DNA from: Folioceros fuciformis
Taxonomy: Eukaryota
Length of the DNA stretch: 48,941 nucleotides
NCBI GenBank assembly: GCA_049999805.1
Contig: JBNGIO010006268.1
Span: forward strand, 1-48,941
Direction of reading: 5' to 3'
Under the pieces are notes generated by a model that saw only the letters and a list, made by a program, of their open reading frames with translations, did not search any database and was not told the origin of the DNA. The translations under genes and the position numbers were made by a program. Positions 1 to 9,934 of this stretch are shown here, one piece after another (position 1 is the first letter of the stretch; the number at the start of each line of letters is the position of its first letter).

Positions 1-1015
1 GGGCATAATGGCCAGTGGAACCACTCCTGCCCGTGGGGAAGGTGAGCTACCCATTGACGGGGGATCTCTTGCTTGCACGATAGTTCTGTTTTGTTACTTC
101 TACAATTCAGGAATTAGCATGTACGCTAACGTCTCTCGGAGTTATTCGAGCAAATATTGTAATCTGGCCGTAGCTTGAGCTATGTATAATCAGACTTTTT
201 TCTTCTCGAAAAAAAAAAAAATGTTCATGTTTGTGACCAAAGATCATGATACATGGACATTGTTTATATTTGTGACCACCTATCATCATGTCATAGGGAA
301 ATCATGAAACCAAAGATCATTCAACTACAAGGGAATGAAAATGACTTAGTTAAGCTAGGCATGACATTATTGAGACAAGGAGATGATAAGAAATAAGCAT
401 GGGCTACGTCCTTCCTCTCTACCTCCTCGTTGACTCTTGGTTGATGAGATGATGAGCTTGCCCTATACATTTTTTTCATGTAAGAAAAGTCCCCCATTAG
501 GTAGGTTTGGCAACTAGGACCCTAAGAAGTGGATGCCTAATGTCCTTAGCCACAATCTAATTCCCTTGGTGTGAAGTATCTTAGCACACATAATGGTATT
601 AGTTGATTCATATTATTGCACATAATAGCATCTAACCTTTTAATTAGTTAGTCCCAATCCATACCATTCCCTTAAATTATGCATAAGTTATACACACCAT
701 GGTTGAAAGTATTAATGGCTTAAGCACACTAAACTTCAAATTATTATTGGTAGGAGTTGTAACAACTCCTCAACCTATAACACTCATCTATCACTACTAC
801 TCTCTTTGCTTTTCGTATTCAAAGACATGTTGTGAAACACATGAAGTAGGTGGAAAAAGGACCTCGAACTATCAATCATCCAACTTGAAGAAAACTCATC
901 AATTATATAACATATGGTTGTCAATTTTACAAAGAAAAGAACAATTCAATTATATGGGCGATTGTGATAAAACTCAAAGCCATAATTTGACCGTAATGAA
1001 TCTCACACGATCACA

Positions 1016-1387
1016 ATGAATCTCCGCTTGAAGCCATATTTTGACGTGATTAGCGGTTAAGATGAATCTTGGCTTGAAGCCATATTTTGACGTGATTAGC
1101 GGTTAAGATGAGTCTGGCTCAAGCCATATTTTGGCATGATTAGTGGTCAAGATGAATCTGGCTCGAAGCCATATTTTTGGCGTGATTAGCGGTCAAGATG
1201 AATCTAGACTCGAAGCCATATTTTGACGTGATTAACGGTTAAGATGAATCTCAACTCCAAGCCATATTTTAATGTGATAAGTGGTCAAGATGAATTTCGA
1301 CCACCTCAGTTGTATTTTGACATGATTGATGATCAAGATTCATCTTGACTCGAAAGCATTAGCATTTTGATGTGATTAGGAGTCAAG
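1016..1387. repeat. Minisatellite, ~46-bp unit, ~8 copies, degenerating towards the 3' end
   Basis: The unit ATGAATCTYGGCTYGAAGCCATATTTTGACGTGATTAGCGGTYAAG repeats head-to-tail with no unique spacers. Confidence 0.9.
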
Positions 1388-2012
1388 TAGAACACTATGA
1401 AATGTAACAGAATTAATTGTTTTGGAGATCGAATTGGAATGACCTTTACATGTACACTCCTCCCACCTCTACACGTCCTGAGTATATATGTAGATGAAGA
1501 GGAAGGAGAAGACTAATAGATTGCACAAGTTCCCACTACCATAATGTGCAGTAAGACATGTTGCTAAAACACCCAATTAGCTATTCAAGGTATGATAAGT
1601 TTAAAAAGCTTTGAATGACGGTTACAAGGAGGAACTGAATCTTTACCTGGTGAGGAACACATCAATCCCACAAGCTTATGGCACACCACACCCCACCCAA
1701 GTTGGACGGCCCCTTGTATGCTTTATCCCCCAACAGTTTTAGAAGGGGTGGTGACCCGGTCCCCTCCCAACAAAACGTAGCTTGTTCGGAAAACGATGCC
1801 AAGGAAGATGCAATGGTGACGAATACGTTTTGGCAACCCAGTGGCCACAGGACCAACGAGGCTCAGCCATGTGGAGTGTGACACGCACTTGAGTCCCCAT
1901 CGTCAGCCCTTGTGGGAGGCTTCTTCTCAAACGTTGTCGCAGGAGGCACGGCACTCTGTTCTCTTCCTCGCATGTGGTCCCGGCAGATCGCATACTGCTT
2001 CAGCCTCACGGA

Positions 2013-3280
2013 ATGGATTTGGTAGCAGAGATTGAGAAGCAGAGCGAGCTTGCGGTGGATCTGTACAAGCGGCTCGCAGAGAAGCACCCCGGCACTAATG
2101 TGGCCATCTCTCCCATCAGCATAGCCGTGGCTCTGTCCATGGTGGCAGCTGGAGCTCGGGGCCCTACCCTCCAGCAGTTTCACTCTAGCCTGAAGCTACC
2201 AGCCCGAGATCTGTTGCATGAGTTTGCATCCCAAGTGAAAGCTCTCATTCTTGTGGATGCCGGCGGCAGTGGCGGGCCTTCCTTGGTGGTTGCCAACAGT
2301 GTGTGGGTGGAGAAGGGGTTGGACTTGAAGCCACCCTTTGTGCAGATCCTCAAGGAGAAGTACCTCACTGAAGCACGGCAGTCAGACTTCCTTCACCAGG
2401 TACGTCGTCACAAGGGGTCCCTCTTTCATGGCAGATCGTGTACCCTGTGTTTCCGGGATGGCGCATTGCATCGAGCTACCTGTCCCGGTGAAGTGTGCAG
2501 GCAGAGGATGCAAGGAGGGAGGTGAATAACTGGGCAGAGGAGCACACCCAAGGAAAGATCAAGGACTTGCTGCCACCGGGAAGTGTGGACAGCGACACTC
2601 GCTTGGTGCTGGCCAATGCCATCTACTTCAAGGGGAGATGGGAGCATCCGTTCACTCATTCCGACACCAAGGTGGAAACCTTCTACTTGCTGGATGGGAA
2701 AACGGTAACAGTTCCCATGATGACCAGCAATAACGAGCAGTACATCGGCCACTTTCCTAACCACGGATACAAAGCTCTTCGGCTGCCATATGCCCAAGGC
2801 AGTGATAACAGGTCCTTTTCCATGTACTTCCTGTTGCCTGACGATAGGATGGGGCTGCCTGACTTGGAGCAAAAGCTGGACCTAGCAGCTCTGCAGGAAA
2901 GCTTGCGCCAGCTGAGGAAAGGCCCTGTTTCCGAGTTCAAGCTTCCACGATTCAATATCTCCTCCCAGTTCAACGTCCCTGATGTGCTCAAAAGTCTGGG
3001 GTTGGTGCTTCCTTTCACTGATCAGGCAGACTTCTCTGACCTGGTGGACGCCCCTGTAACCCTCTCGGACGTGTTCCACAAGGCTTTTGTACAGGTAAAC
3101 GAGGAAGGAACAGAGGCTTCTGCAGCCACAGGTGCCACCATGATGCGTAGATCGCTGCGTATACCTCCAGAGCCTCAAAGCTTTGTTGCAGATCATCCGT
3201 TCCTTTTCTTCATCAAGGAAGACCGCACTGGCCTTGTGTTGTTTGTAGGGAAGGTGACACATCCCTTGTTGGATGCCTAG
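2013..3280 (+). CDS. Serpin (plant serpin-Z type), 2 exons: 2013-2399, 2501-3280
   Basis: Serpin motifs NVAISPISI, VNNWAEEHTQGKIKDLL, LVLANAIYFKGRW, hinge VNEEGTEASAAT and signature FVADHPFLFFI. The phase-0 GT-AG intron 2400-2500 (cag|gtacgt...gtgcag|) joins the two ORFs in frame. Confidence 0.95.
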
Positions 3281-3788
3281 CCTATGACGGGTTTGTGTGG
3301 GTACCATCTCGTAGATTGTTTTGTGCTTCAAAATTATTCTACTTCAGCCACCGGACTCGAGAACTTCATGCATTTCAGTTGGGGCCGCGTGGTTCAGGGA
3401 TTTCCTTCACAGACTGTCGCAACAATCGAATTCATTGGACACGGGTGTCGAAGTCTGACATCCATACGCCTACCGCAGAACGCCTAAGGGAAACTACATT
3501 TCCACTTCACCTTTGTGTGAGTCGGTTCCGGGCCTGAGACCTTGGAGCAGGTAGTTCGCAAGGCTCCAGGACTGCAAATACGCAATTCATGAATTGAAAA
3601 ATCAACTTTCAAGTACGCCACCTTCTGCCCTCTCTCTACCTGAAAAAGCAAGAAGCCGTTACTCTGACCCACCAAAGGGGGCTTGGGAGTAATCATCTGT
3701 CGTGTCCGGGACCATCACCTGCCACAAGAGATCGTCCGGACACTACTAGTTTTGTCTTAAGGCTAGCAAAGGTACCGTGGAGATAGGT

Positions 3789-3910
3789 CCTCCAACTGCA
3801 ATGCTTACCTTGCAATAAGCATAACAAGGTTGAGGGGAAGCTTGAACGCTACTTACTCCAACTGCAATGCTTACCTTGCAATAAGCATAAAAAGGTTGAA
3901 GCGAAGCTTT
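3789..3910. repeat. Short tandem duplication (~65 bp x2)
   Basis: CTCCAACTGCAATGCTTACCTTGCAATAAGCATAA.AAGGTTGA occurs twice. Confidence 0.8.
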
Positions 3911-4491
3911 AATGCTACTGATTGCCAATGAGATTCTTTATAGTGAAAGCTACTGAGATTCTTTATAGTAAAAATATGTGGAGATAAATACTCATTGAAA
4001 GACGGCCTCTTCCAACAGTCTTGACTTGCAATGCAATTTGGATCCATTAGAGAAAGAACTCAACATATAAATACTTGTCAAAAGACATCATTGTCGAAGA
4101 CTTATGTAGATCAACAAGACCTCCGCAGATAAATACTTATTTGTTGAAAGACATGGTCGCAAAGACCTTGATAGATAAATACTTCAAATGTTACTGACTT
4201 GCAACAAAACTTGCAACAATATATCATCGAAGATATCTTTCATAAATACTTCTAAGAACGACCTTTTTTCACAAAGGACTAAGACATGAAAGAAGCTATG
4301 GACTTCAGCAGCTCACGATCCTCTAGTCTTTCTAGTCTTAGCCTAGATTTTCCCATGTTGGCTTTTCCAAGGATCCAGCAAGAGATACTACAGGAAGACA
4401 GTGTACATCTCTGCACACTTCTTTCATGGAAATATCTCAGGGCATGCAACCCTTTTTACAATGATGTATCATGGTCATTTTACCCACTCTT

Positions 4492-5253
4492 CTATCGCGT
4501 GCCACGTCTCCGATTGCCCCTCTCAATCCTCGGCGTGCTCGGGACTCGACAGCTCTTGCTGAGGAACGGATAGAGCCATTCAATACACCGGGAGAACTGA
4601 CCAGTCTTCTGTGCTCCTGTGAGCACGATGCTCCCACTGTGATACAGAGTAGCTGTCAACCACTTGTCGACGTACACCTGCTGACAGAGGCCGGGAAACA
4701 GTTCCGGCTCAAAGTTGAGACTCCCAAGCTGCCCATCGTCGTTCTTAACAGGCTTGGGTCCTCCCTGCTGGCTTGTGAGCAAATCACAGAGCAGGTTAAG
4801 ATCCAGACTGTACGGCAGTTTCAGCTTGCCTACCCGATTGGTGACGCGGAACCCGCACACCCTCGCATCCGCGTACCCGATTTCCTGAACGAGCCGCACA
4901 ATCTCTGCCCCTGCACGCCGTGCAGAATCCTCGTCCGCAGCTCCCATGAAAGTGACTTTCCCCGTCTTGAACACGAATGCAGTCAGGCCCAGCGTCTTCT
5001 TCCAGTTCAGCTTGCAGCGGATGAAGTTCCCCTTCACCTGGTACTCCGCGTTGGGCAGCGACGCGCTCAATATCACCAAGTCCACAGGGATGCCAAGGCT
5101 CAGCGTTCCACACACGTTAACTTCCTTGATCTCCTGAACCAGGATCGCAGCCGCTGGCAGCTGGCAAGCTTCGGCCTTGACCTTGTCGGCGTTGGCGTCG
5201 GCGCCGCCGACCATCAGGTCACTGTCGTCCTGCTTTGCGAACGGGCTAGACAT
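4492..5253 (-). CDS. Divergent TATA-binding-protein-like factor, single exon, 253 aa
   Basis: Both TBP repeats are recognisable: VNVCGTLSLGIPVDL, NAEYQ, TAFVFKTGKVTFMGA, FRVTNRVG, FEPELFPGL, TLYHSGSIVLTGA, LYPFL. The ORF is intact from the ATG at 5253; the ORF-track start at 5400 is a GTG. Confidence 0.85.
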   Translation of the reverse strand: MSSPFAKQDDSDLMVGGADANADKVKAEACQLPAAAILVQEIKEVNVCGTLSLGIPVDLVILSASLPNAEYQVKGNFIRCKLNWKKTLGLTAFVFKTGKVTFMGAADEDSARRAGAEIVRLVQEIGYADARVCGFRVTNRVGKLKLPYSLDLNLLCDLLTSQQGGPKPVKNDDGQLGSLNFEPELFPGLCQQVYVDKWLTATLYHSGSIVLTGAQKTGQFSRCIEWLYPFLSKSCRVPSTPRIERGNRRRGTR

Positions 5254-5774
5254 GTTCAGACCTGCCTCAAATCCCGCTTGTATCGAGAAAAGGACGCCAG
5301 GCACGATGGAGATCACAAAAAGGATGCGAGACGCGAGGACGCTCTCAGGGGACAGGAGCACCGTCGTCACGACAGAGAAAGGGGTAAAACGACAGGCCAC
5401 TGACTGAGACTCAGTAGCCTCCTTGCTGCATCTTAACCTAATCTAATACACAAGAAGGGCGGGAGAGAGCTGGGTTTGAATTTTGCGACCTCGGGCGCGA
5501 GTTTTGAGGTTGTCGCCTCCACGGTCGGGGTGGGCTGCTTGTCGATGTCGACATTCCCACATGCGTGGATCCATCACGAGGCCTGGGAACTTGGGAAGCT
5601 CGCATGTATGCGACATACAAACATACATACATGGAATGCAGCACACCGCACACAGCGCTCAGAGCTCTGGAGCGTACTTCCCCACGGCGCTTGTGACAAC
5701 TACAGGGACGTCCTTGCATTTCGTCTCACAGCTAAAGTGCCAACCATTCCACTCGAGGGCTAAGATGCAGGTCC

Positions 5775-7610
5775 CTGGAGCTTTGGCCGTTGGTACTGCA
5801 TCAAGAACGTTCCGGTGTCCAAGGAATCTCGTTGTCGCATCCTGTTGTGGCTCTGGGTCAGCTGCTCGTCCCTAAACGTCCCTTGTTCTTGCGTTGCTTC
5901 AGGTGGCCATGGATTCCACCATACCGTTGGCACAGGAAACAGTCAATCCATATGCAATACTGGGATCCACAGCCCTCTCGGCGTGAGCGACAGATACGTT
6001 CTGCAGGTTTGTCAAATCCCACTTTGCACAGTTAGAAACACTGTTGGTTTGTGACTGTCAATCGGCTGAACAGTTGAACAATTAGTTTTTTTTTGTTGGT
6101 CTCTGTGGCGCGGATCTGGTACAGATGCAAGGCTCTGGAGACTTGTCAAGAGCAGGTCACGTGGTGACGTTTTTACAGGCACAACGACCAGGTGAAGCAA
6201 CCTCCACATCTTCGACATAGACATTGCCTACGATAGAAGGATTGGGGAGGTCTTCAATCGTAGACATCGCTGTGGGGGAGTGAAGCCATAGCCTTCGAAG
6301 ATAACTGGAATTGCAAGCCGATCCTGCTCTACTGTGCTCGAGTGAGACATGCACTTGCTACTGGTGAGGACTTCCAGGCGCACATCTACTGTACAGCACG
6401 GCTTGTGAAGACTCTGCCGTGCATTCAGGCCTGACGCTGGCAAGTGACTTACAGACCTGTGTGCTGGGAGATGGCTTCTTGCACCATAGTTCCAACTTCA
6501 GCGTGGCTTCAGGTATGTGGCTACGTGTTGTGGACGTCAGTATATGAGCGTCGTACAGAAACTCGGGGACCACAACATCGTGTGATGCTTGATTATGGTA
6601 TTCGTCAAGCCTTTTCTGTTGATGGGTTTTGTGTTGGGTGATGTTGAGCACGTGATCGGGACTGACTGTGCACCATCTTACTGCTTGGTTTCGTCTTGTA
6701 TGATGTTCAGCAAGCAGATCGGGACTGACCGTGCACGGCCAATTTGCTGCTTTTAGGTGATCTCCCAGGGGTGTGCAACCTTGGAATGGAGGGACTGGAT
6801 TCTGTGTCTGGCTTCACGAAGGCCTGGTTAAGCATATCGGGGTCAGGGTCGTGGTCGCCTAGAATTTCTTGCAGGTGTGCCTCTTTTTGTTCGCTGCGCT
6901 TGTCCCACGTTTCACACCGGAAACCGTTTGTCGTAAACATCCCAAGTCTACGGGATCATGTGGACCGAGTTATAGTCTGTAAGATTTCACTGGACAGTCA
7001 TCTGTTGGCGTCGAAGAACATCCTCGACTCGGGAAGCATCACTGGACTGAGTAATCTTTTTTCCACGCAGGCTATGCTATAATTATACGAAATTCTTGTC
7101 TCGTCTACAAGTGTGTATACCATAGGTACGTCCACTGGCCACAGAAGCTGCAGACGCCTGTCTACCTTTAGCATTGTGTGGCATGGTTGTCCAGAGAAGG
7201 CCTTATTTCTCACGGCTGGACTTGAATCTGGAACAGGGCATTGAGGTGGGCACGAATCGGTCATTTTGCACCATATTTGCTAACAGCTAGATGGGATTGA
7301 TTGGATGGTGATAATCGGTGGAGGGGAAATGCGGCAGCTGTATTGCCTCAGACAAGTGAGGCTTCCTGCACATGCCCTGCTCAAGGGAAGAGACGCTTTG
7401 TCCAACTGGCTCGTAATTCCATCCTCAAATCACCTGCGCCACAATGAAGTTCATTCATGGAGCTAACAGCTTAAAGTGACTTACGAACGACAGTGGCCAT
7501 GCAGATGAACGCGGAGATCAGTCATATTTTGCCAACATCGGCTTCCTCCATGTTCTTCGAACGTCTGATGTGGCAGGGCGCCATTGGTGGAAGTGAGACT
7601 ACTAACGACT
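5775..7610 (+). pseudogene. Decayed inverted genomic duplicate of the 5' half of the lipase gene at 9935-13983
   Basis: Collinear blocks match the lipase reverse complement: GGAGCTTTGGCCGTTG (~5777 vs ~13890); TTGTCAAGAGCAGG.CACGTGGTGACGTTTTTACAGG (~6143 vs ~13550); GCATATCGGG...TTTCT.GCAGGTGTGCC (~6830-6880 vs ~12900); GCTTCCTGCACATGCCCTGCTCAA (~7361 vs ~12200); GTGACTTACGAA (~7476 vs ~12085). Stops and frameshifts are present. The 3' end is approximate. Confidence 0.85.
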
Positions 7611-8310
7611 TCTCCTTCTCGAATTTTTCCACTGATCATGGTGTCCTTCAGAAGTACCGAGTACAAATATGGTTCTGCCGCTGCGATGGGCTGCTGATTA
7701 TTGCATCTGATAAGTTTCTTTGTGTGTGCTTACTAGATGTTCCGAACCCCGGCAGATCCTTCACATCATGAAACAGGAGTATGCTTCCAGAGGTCCCCAT
7801 TTCGGCCACACAGGAGCACTACTACTCGGCGGCGGCGGCAGTTAGAGGGCTTCAGATGCAGCGGAACGGCCTTCCGCTATTCCAAGACGAGGATGACTCA
7901 ACCTTAGTGGTTGCGTACGGTGACAATTCTTAACACCGTGGATGATTAATCTAGATGGTATGGATGAATTCTGGATTGGTAAGTGACTACTCGCAAACTA
8001 ATTAAATGTTTTGGCGGCTGCCAGAAATCAGACTTGAAAAAGTGACGCTGGTGTGAAAAATGCAGGAAATACCCGAGGCCAAGGAATGATCTTTGGCTAA
8101 TGACTTCTGCCACGTCTCCAATTCTGGCAACTAGGCCGTTTCTAATTCCCTCCTCATGTTGCAGTGCCTTGTCACAGGAGCATAGCTAAGCGTTTTCTCA
8201 CTGCAAATATTTCTTCTTTCAGCTAGCTAGAGGTTTCCCATATAGGCTGGGAATACCTTCAAAGTTGCCCTCTTTTGCTTCACACTCTTAGGCTAGCATT
8301 CATGAACTTC

Positions 8311-8876
8311 AAGCATCCCTGGACAACCAATATTTATAGGCTCAGCCATCTCTTCCTCGAAATTATCTTTGAGGCAGCTCGCGCTCGTCTCTACTCTTGC
8401 TCAAGTGAAGAAGCAAGTTCATCGCTTTTTGCTCTATTGCGCATTCAAAATTTAAATTGCACCAATATCTCTCTTGTCTAGTATGATGAGATTCGCGTAG
8501 ACCTAGTCCAGCCCTTGGTTGTAGCTCTTTCTAAGCTTGAAGCCACGGGGTGTGTGTCAATGACTTAGAGAACTACTTTCATCACTACCCAAGCATCATG
8601 GACAATCAATATTTATAGGCTCAGCCATCTCTTCCTCGAAATTTGTTCATCAATGAGGTAGGTCGCGTTCGTCTCTACTCTTGCTCAAGTGAAGTGGCAA
8701 GTTCATCACTTTTTGCTCTATTGCACATTCAAAATTTTTAAATTGTACCAACATCGCTCTTGTCTATGATGAGGATTCGCATAGACCTAGTCCAGCCCTT
8801 GGTTGTAGCTCTTTCTAAGCTTGAAGCCACGGGGTGTGTGTTAATGACTTCGAGAAGTACTCTCATCACTACCCAA
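8311..8876. repeat. Direct tandem duplication, ~280-bp unit x2
   Basis: 8311-8590 and 8591-8876 share CAATATTTATAGGCTCAGCCATCTCTTCCTCGAAATT...TAGACCTAGTCCAGCCCTTGGTTGTAGCTCTTTCTAAGCTTGAAGCCACGGGGTGTGTG...CATCACTACCCAA. Confidence 0.9.
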
Positions 8877-9934
8877 ATGTGAGCAAGCATTGCTACAATG
8901 TTCGCCATGTCATATTCTTCTTGGCAAGAAGTCAGGCTTCTTTCCATCTTAGAAGCATGTGTATACATTGTTTAAGAGTATGAATTTGATTTCAAAACCC
9001 TAAACCCTTGTAGTCATTATTAAGTCCCATCACTATTTAGGGTAAGTAGATCATTTGCCATCGATATGGAACCCATGGAGGCAATGGTTCACAATAGCCA
9101 ATGGTAGACAGGTACAAGATAAACAGTGGTCACAAGACAGGAAGATTTAGGGGATATGACCTGGCCGAACCTAAGGCGAGATGGGTTCACGCAATCCTTT
9201 CTTTTTTTCATAATAAAAACTTGTATAAATTAAACAAATGGGCCAGACTGATGTGTAACACGAATGCTTTGAATGGCCCTTTCAAGGCATATCCCCTCCA
9301 AATCATAGCCTACAATCTGGCAGCCCTGGCAGGTGGGCACAGGATTACTCTGATTAGCACCGGGGTGATTCGTACAGAGGACTCTGCAGCTTGCAAAGGT
9401 ATCAATTGTTTACACGCTGATAATGAAGTCAACTCTCTCGTCTCAGGAGCTAGGATTGGTGCATAAATAGCAAGGAATCATGCCAACTCTCTCCGCTCCT
9501 GCACCATTGATAATCGTGAGGAGTCAGGCGCGGTGCTCCGCACAAGGAAAACCAGGGTACAGATTTGACCTACTACAGTGCTGGAATCTTACCAAAGGCA
9601 ACCCTTCACCTTAGTACACTAATAGTTGAACTCATGGGATAAACACTGCAGAGTCGAAATCGCCAAACTGGGTTGGTTCGAAGTCTTTGGGGTTTTTTGC
9701 AATGAGGAATCCTCTCCTGCTTCCTCGGCTGCACTTGCAGCAACACCATCTTCCTCGGCTCTACTTGTGGCAACACTGCCTTCTCGGTATAGACAGAATC
9801 TTCATCATCTTACTTTCAAGAGGCTTCTTCCTAGCTTGTACTATACCTGGCTTTAAATTACCATAGGCTTCGAATCCATATGGACAGCCGCAACTGGAAT
9901 GTGCCAGAATGACAGTAGAGAGTACAAGTGCAGC

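Noticed and set aside
1016-1387. CRISPR-like periodic array
   Set aside because: Units are contiguous with no unique spacers, there are no cas genes, and the context is eukaryotic. It is a minisatellite.
4471-5403. 310-aa plus-strand ORF overlapping the TBP-like gene
   Set aside because: Antisense shadow of a GC-rich CDS with no recognisable motifs.
5254-5775. Idea that the TBP-like gene captured a duplicated lipase/VPS16 bidirectional promoter
   Set aside because: The layout mirrors the lipase-VPS16 pair, but visible homology stops at ~5777 and I see no match to 13983-14753.
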